A stretch of DNA of 64,000 bases from Marsupella aquatica. Taxonomy: Eukaryota > Plantae > Marchantiophyta. Shown in pieces: positions 12,143 to 24,586 of this stretch. Every line of letters begins with the position of its first letter. The stretch's first letter is position 1. The notes beneath the pieces were generated by a model. The model made no database searches and had not been told where the DNA came from. It worked only from the letters and a program-made list of their open reading frames with translations. The position numbers were made by a program, and so were the translations under genes. The DNA is taken from NCBI GenBank assembly GCA_973895155.1, contig OZ316891.1, positions 12,708,771 through 12,772,770 of the forward strand. Reading direction: 5' to 3'.

Positions 12143-15100
12143 ATGAATCAAGCCATCACCCCAATGACCAACCTAGAGAAATTAACATTTCCAGCCCTAG
12201 ACATCGATGGTAGCAACTACCTGGAATGGTCAATGAACCTCAGAGAGAACCTTACCTCGCTAACCCTACTCCCAGCTATAGGGATGGCTCAACCTATACT
12301 AGCTGGCGAACTCCAACCAGACCCATTAACTAAAGCCAACGAATCTAAGGCCCTTGTATTCCTTAGACGCCATATCCATAGATTCTTACAAAGACAATAC
12401 ATGCACCTTTCAACCCCTCGTGAACTTTGGACAGCGCTCCAAACCCAATTCGACCACCAAAAACTGGTCGAACTACCTAAAGCCAGGCAAGACTGGCTAA
12501 ACCTACGAGTCCAGGACTTTACCTCTATTTCAGCCTACAATAGTGAACTCTTTAGAATAACCTCAACCCTCGCACTATGTGGCGAGCCAGTCACAAACAA
12601 GGATCTGCTAGAGAAGACCTTGTCGACATTTCATTCATCGAATGTGTTGCTATCAACACAGTATCGAAACATGAAGTTCGGGCAATACTTCGAGCTCATA
12701 ACCCACCTCCTAGTCACCGAAAGAAACCAAGAGCTTCTTTTAGTAAACTCTAGAAAATGCCCTGCGGGCACACTGCCCTCAGGACAACAGAATGAAACCC
12801 ATAACATAGAAAATGCTGAACCCTCCACATCGAGGCAAGGCATTAAACGCACTAAGAATAGCAACCAGAGAAACACCCACAACAGGGGGAGTTTCTATAA
12901 CCAACGTCCACAATATAACTCCCAACGAACCTTTAGAGGATGTGGTGGACGAGAAGGACGTGGAGGACGAGGAGGACGAGGAGGACATGGCGGACGTGGC
13001 GGACGCGGAGGACGCGGCGGTGGTAGAACATATAACAACAACCGTAGAAACGATTGGTCACAATCTCGACAACAACGAGAACGACCGAAATGCCATGAAT
13101 GTGGCATGACAAACCACCTAGCGAGAAACTATAGAATCTCGCAACACCTTAGAGAACTATACCAACGGTCCATCCAAGATGGACAAACCTCTAGGCCACC
13201 ACCCCGTGAAACCCACGGGGCATTTATGGAGTTTAGTGACCCATTCCAAGACTTTTCAGACCTACCCGCCCAACCCAAGGCGCACTTAGTGGCAAGTAGC
13301 TCCACTACACCAGATTTAAATAGTCCAAGCACATGTATTATCGACAGTGCGACCATGCATACTATCCTCAGGGATAGGCATCTTTTCCACAAGATTACAC
13401 CCTCACATAGGTCCCTGACCACTATCAATGGTCCTAGCCAAATAGAAGAGGGCTTCGGCCCAGCTTCTATTAGATTCCCACAGGGTACCAAAATACACAT
13501 AGAGTTAGAGGACGTGTCTTTATTCTCCGCAGATTCTATGTGTAATCTCCTCAGTTTGAAATCATTAAGAATTCAAGAGGCATTCCAATCAATACACGCC
13601 ACATTCCAGCAAGCACCCCATGCACTGCATGCTCACGCGGAAAATTAATAACAAGGCCCACGACATCAAAATTGCCAACCCAAATACCCCAATTCTTGGA
13701 AATCATCCATGCAGATGTTTGCGCCAATTAACCCTCCAAGCGGACCTTTCCGCTACTTTATGGTATTAATCGATGCATCCACTAAATGGTCAAACGTGAC
13801 CCTGTTTTCAACGAGGAACATGGTTATGCCTCGTATTTTGGCGCAAATCTTGCGCGTGAAAGCACAATTCCCAGATCACCCCATTAAGAAACTAAGGGTG
13901 GACAATGCAGGGGAATTCATATTCAAAACATTTGATGACTTTTGCACATCACTTGACATTGACATACAATATCCTGTACCTCACGTGCATTTTCAGAACG
14001 GATTAGCTGAAGCTGTCATTAAACACCTTCAGTTAATTGCACGTCCACTACTAATGCAGTCAAAACTCCCCGTCTCAGCATGGGGACATGCCATATTATA
14101 GGCTAATGCATTAATCCAATACCGCCCATCGGCTTTTAATATCTATAGCCCATACCAAATTGCTAATGGTATTAAACCTGACCTATCCCACCTTCGTTCA
14201 TTTGGATGCCAAGTAATGGTCCCCATTACTCCACCCAAACGAACCAAGATGGGACCCCAACGACAGTTGGGGATATACATCGGATTCGACTCTCCGTCCA
14301 TAATCCGATATATGGAGCCTACAACTGGCGACGTCTTTAAATCTAGATTCCTAGATTGCCATTTTGATGAACACGTTTACCCATCATTAATAACCCCTAA
14401 ACACCCACAACCACCTTTGGAGTGGGAAAGACATTCGCCATTTTGGCAAGACCTTCGAACCAACCAAGGGGAGAAAGAAGTTCAAAGAATTTTACAACTC
14501 CACAAGATTGTGGAAGAACTTCCCGACGCTTTTGTCAATACATCACAAGTTAGCCGCTCACATATTCCAGCTGTGAGAGTACTTGCTCGCATTGAATTAT
14601 CAAATGAGCCAGCAAGTACATCCCAACCTCATGCCAAACGCGGCAGACCCTTGGGATCAAAGGATAAACAACCAAGAAGGCGCGGTTCATCTATACCACC
14701 TTCACCTGATGTCGATCATAACGAATCCACAACTCATGAGGAGATTTCTATCCACTACGCACACACCGGTGCGATGTGGGATAGGAATACTACTTCAATG
14801 GATGATATTTTTGCATTAATGGTGGCAACACATATCACAGACGAAACACCCAAACCAATATCCATATTAGAATGCCAAAACAGACCAGATTGGCATGAAT
14901 GGCAAAAAGCTATAAACGGAGAATTAGATTCCCTACTAAGCAGACACACTTTTGGCCCAGTCGAGCCAACACTGTAAGACGTACACCTCATTGGCTACAA
15001 GTGGACATTCGTCCGCAAAAGAAATGATAAAGTCCAAGTTGTACGCTACAAAGCACGTCTGGTAGGGAAAGGATTTACCCAACAACTGGGAATTCATTAC

Positions 15101-16616
15101 GATGAAACTTACTCACCGGTTATGGATAGCACAACATTCCGATACCTTATCGGATTTGCCATTTTCCACAAACTAGCTACAAATGCGACAACTGGATGTT
15201 GCGACCGCAAATCTATATGGAACTTTAGACACTTGTCTATACATGCGATCACCTCTCGAGTTGGAGCAACGTCGCCGAGCCCTAGCTCAAGGCGCTAAAT
15301 TGCATATCCCATATTTACATAAGATTATAACACAATTATCTCAAGTTACACCTTATGTGTCATCTACACATGTAACTCATAATAACGACACCATTGTGTC
15401 AACCGTACGGAATACTCGTCGTGGACTAGCTATCCGCGTGTTGAAGGCATTATATGGCCTGAAACAAAGTGGTAGAGTATGGTGTCAAAGATTTACTGAT
15501 GAAATGATTGCCATGGGTTTTACCCATGATGCAATAACCCCATGTTTATTTAATAAACATATGGATGACGAATATGTCATCGTTTCTATCTATGTTGATG
15601 ACTTAAACATATTTGGGACATCCCAAATTACCGAAGATACAATTACTCGTCTTAAATCAACATTTGAGATGAAAGACCTTGGACATACAAACTTTTGCTT
15701 AGGATTACAACTGGAGATCTTACCTACCGGCATGATGCTCCACCAAACCACACAAACCGAAAAGATCCTAAAATAGTTCAATATGAACCTAGCACACCCA
15801 TTGACGTCACCAATGGTTGTACGTTCATTAGAAAACACCACTGATGTTTTTCGCAAGCGTGAAGAACATGAACCAATTTTAGGACCAGAAACTCCGTACC
15901 TTTCTGCGATAGGAGCATTAATGTATTTAGCAAATCAAACAAGACCAGACATTGCATTTGTAGTTAACTTACTAGCTAGACATAGTGCAACTCCCACAGC
16001 CAAACACTGGAATGGAGTTAAGCACGTATTTAGATATCTACGTGGAACCACCGATACCGGGTTATTTTACCCATTCGGTGCAAACCACGAGCTCATAGGA
16101 TATGCGGATGCCGGATATCTCTCCGACACTGATACCGCAAAATCCCAAATTGGATATGTCTTTACCATAGGGGGTACCGCTTTTTCTTGGAAAAGCGTGA
16201 AACAGAACCTAACAGCAACCTCATTGAATCACTCAGAAATCTTAGCTCTACATGAGGCTAGTCGTGAAGCCGTTTGGTTACGATCCTTTATAAACCACAT
16301 CAACACCAAATGCGGCCTACCACCACTAACGAAGCCTACTAACATTTTTGAGGATAACGCAGCATGTATACAGCAGATCACAAAAGGATTCATCAAAGGC
16401 GATCGCGTGAAACATATCGCTCCAAAGTTTTTCTACACTCACGAGTTACATGGAAAAGAGATCAACATTTTGCAGATTTCAAGTGCAGACAATTGTGCGG
16501 ACCTCTTCACCAAATCACTACCACCATCAGTTCATCACCGACACTGCCAGGTGATTGGACTGCGGAGCGTGCGACGCATGATGACCGTGGAAGCTGCTAC
16601 TCCACATGACGATTGA
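12143..16616 (+). pseudogene. Copia gag-pol polyprotein (gag, CCHC knuckle, protease, integrase, RT, RNase H), disrupted
   Basis: ORF pieces 12143-13648 (LDIDGSNYLEW, CHECGMTNH, IIDSATMHTIL), 13709-14101 (IN: FMVLIDAST, RVDNAGEF, QNGLAE), 14216-14977, 15183-15776 (LYGLKQSGR, IYVDDL), 15783-16616 (YADAGY, FEDNAAC, DNCADLFTKSL); stops at ~14099, ~14975, ~15774 plus frameshifts. Confidence 0.93.
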
Positions 16617-16927
16617 TACTACTAATGACATGACGCTGACGACCTACTGTTGAGACAAATATTAAAGCTAGATTTACTATAGTATCTGACTTTATTTAAT
16701 ATTGACATTTATTATGACGAGGACTGTTAGGTTGCACTCTTTTTCCTTTAGCACTCATATTTTTCTCTGCTACACTGGTAGAGTTTTTATTAAGCTAGAG
16801 TTGATAAAGGTTTTTTAACGAGGCAGTCTACCTCGCTTGTACTTATATCATGTATTTCCTATGAACATGATATAATAGGTATAGTCTATGTTGTCTATAT
16901 AGTTGTCACTATATATCCAAAGGGGAG

Positions 16928-17040
16928 TGTTAGACTCTACCTCTGGCCGGACGACCGGACCAGCCGGTCACCCGACCAGACTATATGTACCCTCCTCATT
17001 CATGACTATTCACATGCTCATTGACATTCATTCTATACTA
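16928..17040 (+). repeat. 3' LTR of Bianca element
   Basis: Preceded by PPT, followed by TSD CCTCC. Confidence 0.95.
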
Positions 17041-18850
17041 CCTCCCAAGTTTTTAAATCTTATTTATAAAGTGCTAACCCCAAGCTAAAGTTGGGCTCTA
17101 GTGTAGGTTTCTAGAGTGAAGCCTTTAGACTATAACTCTATGGCCCACCATGTGGATAAAAATATTCATGGGTATCATTTATGTCAAAGGATGATCATGG
17201 AAGTCATGGTTTCTATTTACATTCAAGGAATGTGCATTCAGGCTTGTGTTACTTAAAGGGGCTAGCATGTAATCTCTCTTGGACTCTATGGGTGAATGAA
17301 ATTTACTTTTTGAAGGGAAAAACAAAATGAATTAACCAAAGTTTTATGCACTGTTTTCATTTCTACAAAGTACATTGTGCCAATGTCAAAGCTTTACAAA
17401 GGAAGCAAATAATGAAAAGAAAAACCCTCTAATGGCCCCTATTCAGGGCAGAGTGATGGCCCCTGCTCGCTTCTGTGAAAGCACAAAAGGTGACGATCAT
17501 GTCTCCTCTATTATATTGCATTCGTTTTTAACGTATATTTTATTTTAAGTGAAAAGCAACGGTGCACCAAATGAGTGGAGCGCCAACTCTAGCACCAAAT
17601 GAATTCAACCTCCAACTATCTGTTTGTGGTTTAATTCCTCTCTGTGTGTTGCAGCCCATTACACGAGCTCAAATCATTTCAATATTGTGTCATTGAGTAA
17701 TGCGTCTCATTAGCTACCAAACTTAGGGTCTAGTTCTATTGCATAAAGAAGGATTGTGGGACAACAGACACACTTCTCCCAGGAGTCAAGAATTAGCCTC
17801 CGGTCACATTAACTTATCATAACAGTTACGACCATCATTCGTTTGTTCATAATTGGATTGAGAAATACACCCACAAAACGTTGAGCTTGGTTTCCCAAAA
17901 TAATTAGCAACTTCACTCATTTCTTTATTACGAAGCGCATGACAAGGTTTTCCATTTTTTGTCATAAAGTTGGTCAAAGCCATCCTATATTCTCCAGGAA
18001 GTGGGGAAGGGGAAGCTTCAGATGAGACTGATTTGAGTGGAGCCAGTGGAGCTGAGTGCCGACAGCATAATCACTGCCTGATTGAAAGATGCATGAAAAT
18101 GACACAAACTTCCAAATCTTGTCATGCATCTATGCCTATGATCTCACCTTTGGAGAGCCTCTTACGACTCACCTCTAAAACCCACGGAAAGAATGCACTC
18201 CTGACGTCCAGCGCTGTACTAGATCCATTGGAGAGAGAAACGCGATTTTCCAAATTCTGCTGAGAACTGAAGCACCGCATGTGTTTCTCCTGAAATGGTT
18301 CAGCTCCTCCTGACAGAACTGTGAACCTGAGCTCATTCAGCAAGCAAGTTGTGTACAACTGTAGGCCAGTGAAGGGCTGGACTTGCAAGGACCCACTGAT
18401 GATTACTTCTGGTACACTCGGCGTTGTCGACGTTGGTTTGAGTTTAGGATCATTGGAAACAATTTGGGCTGTTCCAGAAGAAGCAGTCGCTGGATTTCCT
18501 TAGGGAAGAGTGTTTGATGGCTGGACTACTGTAGGACTGCAGTGGTGGAGTGATGAGGGTGTCGTTCACAGCGACAGAGTACAGTACATTGGCAAGTTCA
18601 GTGAATGAGTAGTGCATTCGTTGAATGCTTCTATGGTGATGAAGATTCTGAGAAGCAAAGTTGACCAACAATAACAAAGCGGGAAATTATTGTTGGTGTT
18701 TGTTGCAGGTCTGGTCCTGGGGAAGATGCGGTGGAGTGTGGTGCTCGGTGGGCCTGTCAGCTGACAGTGCTGATCGAAAGAGCGTTAAGTCATATCACCT
18801 TCGATATTGGTTAGAGTGGGAAAGAGTTTCACAAGGTTGGTGAGAGAGGC

Positions 18851-20495
18851 ATGGCAAGTTTTCGGGAGTTCAGTCGAACGGAGAGCTGGGGAGCAGAAGC
18901 ATGGAAAGCGTTGTGCAAAGTGAGGGAGACGGCTCCACTCATCCAATGCATCACCAACTTTGTGTCCATGGATATCATGGCTAACTCCCTTCTGGCCGTG
19001 GGGGCTTCTCCAGCCATGGTCCACGCTATCGAGGAAATATCAGAGTTCACTTCACTGTCTGCAGCTCTGTGTATAAACATTGGCACTCTCTCGCCCGACT
19101 GGATATTCTCCATGAAAGCCGCCGCTGTTAGGGCAAACGAGTGTCACAAGCCGTGGGTGTTGGATCCGGTTGGAGTGGGTGCTACGCGATTCAGGACCGA
19201 GAAATGCATCGAGCTGATCAACCTCAAGCCAGCAGTTATTCGAGGAAATGGGTCGGAGATCATGGCTGTTGTCTCAGCAAGCATTAAGCCTACCAAGGTA
19301 AGGGCTCTATGCCTCCAAGTCCGGAATGTCGGTCCTGTTGCTGTTTGCGAGCGTGCCCTTCCCTTGGGTGGAATGATGGTCAGGACTGACTGGCTCCTGG
19401 AGGGAACTTTGGACCATTTGCAAGGCACCTAGCCTTGATGGGACAGGGTAACAGTGTGGGTTTGGTGACGAGGGCCAGGAGTCTCTCTCCTATGCGTCCG
19501 TGGAAGGGAAACCCATGTACAGCTCGCTTGACTTCCCTCGATTTCCAGAAATCTATTGGTTACATCTCAACATGTGCTCTGAAAATTCCTGGGAACTATA
19601 GATATATTTTTTTCTGAGCGTGTCCTGCAGCTTCGAGTGTGGACGGAAGAAACGTCAGAAATATATATTGATCGATGACGAAATGTGCCATGGGACATTG
19701 TTTGTCACCTGAGAGACAGACCTCTTAATTTGGGTCTTTCGTAATTTCTCAGGTCATCCCTTGTGATTAGAGATTTAGAGTGGACCAGTCGATTTCCACA
19801 TATGATGCTTTGCCCCCCACCCTTCCGAAGCTGCTGACCGATAAAGAAAGGGGAAATTAGAAGGGATAGGATAGGAGGCTTGAACATTACTTTATGCATG
19901 CCAGACCTTCTAAAAGGCGGGGCCAGTCAGTGTCGATAAAGAGTGGTGTCAGTCAGTTAGAACGGTGCATGTAGTGAAAAGGACTGAGAACTGTGTCCAC
20001 CCACCTGATTTGGAGAAGATGTTGATGCAAGAGATATGAGTGGGATGATCTGAGCTCAAAAGTGGTCCTCAGGCGATGTGATTAACGGTGGCATTGTGTG
20101 TGTAGGGAATGGATGGTGTACACTCTTCAACAGACGCATTGGAAGCTGCGAAGGAGCTAGCTCGTGCCGCTCAGACGATTGTGGCAGTGACGGGAGCTCT
20201 AGATCTTGTTACTGACGGAAGGCGTGTGCTGGGTGTGAGCAATGGTGTTGCCTTGATGCAGCGAATCACAGCAACGGGTTGTGCAGTGACAGCCCTGATT
20301 GCTGCTTTCGTGTCAGTGAATCCGAACCGAATTGTCGAGTCTACGGCAATTGCCTTAGCTCTGTTTGGATTAGCAGGTGAACTTGGAATGGAAAAGGCCA
20401 ATGGACCTGCCTCATTACGGGTGAACTTGATTGACTGTTTGCATATGCTGGATGAGCAGCAAGTCATGACCAGAGTCCGGATAGCTGAGGTTTGA
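18851..20495 (+). CDS. THIM: Hydroxyethylthiazole kinase (thiamine salvage), 2 exons
   Basis: Exon 1 18851-19297 (PLIQCITNFVSMDIMANSLLAVGASPAM, INIGTL, KPWVLDPVGVGAT, IRGNGSEI) ends AAG|gtaagg; exon 2 20106-20495 after tgtag| (GMDG, VAVTGALD, ITATGC, GPASLRVNLID); phase-0 join. Confidence 0.96.
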
Positions 20496-21676
20496 CTCGT
20501 AGGGTTGCGAAGAAGCCTAGATTCAGCCTGCAAGTAGGATGTGGTCTCACAGCTGATTATTACACTTCAAATGCAGCTACCATGCAACCAAAAACAGTAG
20601 GGTACGGTTTGGAAAGCGAAATCTGATGTTTGCATGGTATACATCAGCGCACCAAGGTCATCTCTTATAAGAAATAGTGTTGAGGGCAGAGCTGAGACGA
20701 TACATTGAGGGAATTTGACACGAGCAGAAGGAGCCTCCTTTCCATTTAATAGTTCACCTCTTGAATGGACTGTATGATAAATTGTGCTTCAGCGAGGTGT
20801 TGTACGCATATTAGTTGTGACCATATCCGCCTACAACGCAAACGTGTACTTGTAACCTTGCAACACAAACGCAGAGTCGGTTCGACTTTCATCTGCAGTT
20901 GACGGTGGAAACTCTTGTCCAGTACAAGATAAGTTCCGAGAATTGCATGCCGGGAACTATTTGTATGATTTGTGTGGTGTTGGGAGCCGGACCTATTTGT
21001 GGTTTGGTCTTCGTCATGTGCCATAATGTCTCTTGGTAGCAAACCCTTTGTCTTATTTTGTCTTGTCATATCCAGTGACATTTGTAATTGGAAAATTTGT
21101 GTTCGAGACTAAAAGTTTTGTGAGTGTACTCGTCCCAGTAATCCCATAGCTGAAGTAGAGCCGGTGCTTCCAGTGGCTGTTATGAATTGTTGTCTATGAA
21201 GAATGGCTTTATGCTATCATTACTTGTTTAAACTCACTCCTGGTTCTCTAGGTTAGTTGGGTTCCCACAACTGTTTTACTCTTTCATTGTGGACTGCTGG
21301 CTTTTCCGTTCTTGTAGTTTACTGCGAATAATCTCTCTGGTAGATCTTGAATACATCATCTGAATTTGACGATTGTTGGCCTGTGAAATCTTTGTTCTTT
21401 GGACTGGATTCTAATCAATTTCTGGGAATTTTCAAACTTTTCCAAATGTTCGTAGCCCTCAGGCATGGAGCCCACTGAGTGAAGTATTTTCACGACTAGG
21501 GATAAGTGCTTCCTAAATGTCAAGTTAGAAGACAAACCAGATGGTGGCTCCTTTCTGCAGACATGCCTCTGAGCTCGTTTGAACAAATTTGCACATCTAC
21601 ACGAAGGAGACAATATGCTTTAGTTTCTTAAAGAGTTAGATTGATAGTTTTGATACTTGACATTCACTGCTACTTT

Positions 21677-21880
21677 CTAGAGTGACATTCCTTGTAATAA
21701 TCTTACTAACAAAGTAAGCTAACTGTCCAGGCTACAATCTAGAGTGACATTCCTTGTAATAATCTTACTATTCCAGGCCACAAGCTAGAGTGGCATTCCT
21801 GGTAATAATCTTACTAATAAAGTAAGCTACTTTCCAGGCTACGATCTAGAGTGACATTCCTTGTAGTAATCTTACTAATA
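21677..21880. repeat. Tandem repeat, about 4 copies of a ~46-62 bp unit
   Basis: ctagagtgacattccttgtaataatcttacta recurs at ~21677, 21739, 21785 and 21846. Confidence 0.85.
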
Positions 21881-21916
21881 GAGTGCGATGGAAAGCACTT
21901 TCCAGGGCTACTGTCT

Positions 21917-22098
21917 AGATTGAAGCCTCCAATAAGGACAAAGCCTCTAGACTATAACCCTAAATAGATTGAAGCCCTCAATGAGGACAAAGCCTCTAGA
22001 CTGTGAACCTCAATAAGGACAAAATTGACCGAAGCTCTCAAGAAGGGCAAAGCCTCTACATTCTACAATGTAATCCTCAATAAGGACAAAATTGACCG
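21917..22098. repeat. Imperfect tandem repeat
   Basis: caataaggacaaa(gcctctagact / attgaccg) repeated about 5 times. Confidence 0.7.
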
Positions 22099-22901
22099 TG
22101 ATTCTAAATAAGGTTAAAACTGAAAGTGTTAAAATTGAAAGTGCTGGAGGCACACAAAATGGGGAAATAGTATAGAACTCGTTTTTCTGCAAGATTTTCT
22201 TTTGTCTTCATATGTATTTATGGGTAACTAGGCTAATTACTGATCTCTAAAGCATCACTAGTAAACAAATCATATTATTTAACATTACAACCAAATAAAT
22301 AGGTCTTCCCCATTTGGAAGACTCTCTGGAGAAGTGTTCAAGAGAAGAGTGACGACCCCTTACTACTTTTAGGGGCTGCGGTGAGACAAAAATGACCTTG
22401 CAAAGAAATTCCTTAGTATTCATGTTCCTCGATGACTTGCCCCAGTCCCGCTTTTCTGCCTGCACCCAAGCTTTCAGTTATGTTCCCATAGTCATGGTCT
22501 AGAGCCTTCACTCTACACAATAGGCCTGGAGTGACTTCCCCTCAATTCTTGTTTCCTGCTTGCGCCTCCGCTTTCTTATGCCCCCGAAGTTGTGGTTTAG
22601 AGCCTTTGTTCTAGACAATAGGCCAGGAAGTAACTTTCCATTGAGACTACAGTTATAGAAGAGTGGCAACTACCAGCTGTTGGTTTGTAGTCAATTAAAG
22701 TGCTCAGAATGGACAAACTTATAGGTTGAGATAACTTATTTTTAAATATGAGTTTTGTTGTTTTTTTTGCCCAAAGTTTGTTCAAGATACTAAGAATTTC
22801 AACATCATCTCATCCTCTCTCTATAAAAAGATAGAAAGATTGGGAGTACAACAATATCTCACCCAAAAACACCTTTCGAAGATGCACACATGGACAAGCG
22901 A

Positions 22902-23046
22902 CAGGTGCCCATATGCTTCTGATCATCTTGTGCCGTATTGTGATTGCAACCTCTCTCTTGTAGGCTTGCTTCTTCCCATGAGGTGTATACCCTGCCTCTA
23001 CTCCAACTGCTACAACATAATAGCCACTAAACTTTTTTCTCTCCAA
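22902..23046 (-). pseudogene. Relic of an RNase H1 N-terminal hybrid-binding / caulimoviral viroplasmin (Cauli_VI) domain
   Basis: Across two frameshifts reads KKFSGYYVVAVGVEAG / VYTSWEEASLQERGCNHN / SEAYGHL, fitting the YYxVxxGxxxGxYxxWxExxxQV.G......EAxxxL pattern. Confidence 0.65.
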
Positions 23047-24586
23047 CCTGCTCTCTCATTCTACTTGGAGGGTTAACTTAGTGTATTTTTTAAGATATCA
23101 TGTAATTTCCTGACCTAATTGAACTACATTTACTTTTGTGAAAAGAATACTCTATAAGTACTTTGATTTTTCAATGACCTATTTTACCTTATAAAACACA
23201 TACAGTAAGAAACATTCTCCATACTATGCCTCCTTTCCTTTATAAAATTTTGAGTGAAGTAGTTTGAACATACTATTTTGACATAGTTGACTCCACAAGC
23301 AATTCTATTGCTGGTTCTCCACTCTCTGCTATCTTGAGTACTCCTCAGGCTACAATTGCCAATTTGGTTATTAGTGCTTTGTCTCAGAGGCGGTGCTTGC
23401 CGCCCTTGTTGTCTCCTTCAAGGATCTTGCATACTCCATTGTCGTGGATCCATCACGATACCCCCTTAGTGCAAGAAGGCACCTTGACAAAGGTGGTCAT
23501 GAGTGGTTGCTGGTAGTACCATCATGAGCTTCTAGTCAACCTGAGCATACTGCTATGTGTAGCATCGCCAACTATTGCAAGCCAGGAGTTATGATCCCAA
23601 CTAGATACAAGTTAGGGGCCAGAAATAGGGGACCAAAGTTGATCTAGGGTTTGAGACGTCCCCATAAGCATTTATGAGTAAAGTACATTTTCTAAGAATC
23701 CTCACAAGTCATCAATTGCAATCAATTGAGATTCATAGCTGCTCCCACCAGGCCAAGGGACAGGAGTAGCACACAAACACTGATGCATTCAAGCGGAGTA
23801 AAGGGATGGTTTGTTGGCTTCCAACTTGAGGAATAGCTGGTGTGCCACTTTTGCGGCATAACGTTGGATCTATTGTCACTGCCTGTGGGTGACACACCAT
23901 AGTTTGAGATCCGTAGGTGATCTTAAGAAGCTAGTGGATGCAAAAATGGGTGATGAGGGCTATCAAGGGGTCCTGCTATTGCCTTTCACCTTTGGTGACA
24001 CCTGCCAGTCGTCCGTATGGGCCATTCAATTATCTCCCCAACTTGTTGCATGTCTTACTTAACTAGAGAATTTCCTTGTCACACTTATCATCTGGAAGAT
24101 TGATCTGTACAACAAACAAATAATTGACAGGATTCTCTAGCAAAGTCTTGCTATTATTTGAAGATTGACAAGACAAGTCACAACCCCTAAAGATTTTAAC
24201 CAATGAGTGATAGTTCAACTGAAAGAAAGATGGAATGGAAATCTACACTAAGTTAAACCCCTTAAGGCTTGAGACTCTAAATGTTTTTGTTCAGAATACT
24301 CCAATGAGCTTGGAGTGTAGTGCAGGAATTGGAGATCTCCACATGCTACTTTCTTGCACTACGCTGTGAATTCATTGGCTGCTACTAAGACACATCAGTG
24401 TACGGATGAGTGCACCCTTCTAACTTTCATCCAACTATGTATTGAGAACAATCCAAAGTTTCATGTTGGATGGCACATAGAATATGCATTCTTATGAGGA
24501 ATTCTCAAGACAATATGCGCAATTGGACAAGCATTGCAATATTATCAGAAATTTTATTGGAGTAAGATGGGATGTGTGTTTGCCAG

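Larger units (their letters stand above)
10549..17040 (+). mobile_element. Ty1/copia LTR retrotransposon, Bianca lineage, full-length but decayed
   Basis: LTRs 10549-10658 (110 bp) and 16928-17040 (113 bp) differ by 1 substitution and a 3-bp indel; ends TG...TA; TSD CCTCC (10544-10548, 17041-17045); PBS (CG)TTATCAGCACGA; PPT AAAGGGGAG before 16928; order gag-PR-IN-RT-RH; Bianca-typical motifs RSHIPA, KRGRPLGSKDK, EISIHY, KHIAPKFFYTH. Confidence 0.95.

Noticed and set aside
17850-18680. Nearly open minus-strand frame upstream of THIM
   Set aside because: No recognisable domain and several stops; more likely THIM 5' UTR, intron (acceptor ttgcag at ~18708) or promoter.
18250-20740. TPP riboswitch near THIM (GCTGAGA at ~18259 and ~20691, GAACCTGA at ~18323)
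   Set aside because: Core words lack the right spacing, and the GGNTAATGCC..CGNAGGGA half and P1/P2 pairing are absent.
21677-21880. CRISPR-like repeat-spacer appearance
   Set aside because: Spacers are homologous to each other, no cas genes, eukaryotic context; an ordinary tandem repeat.
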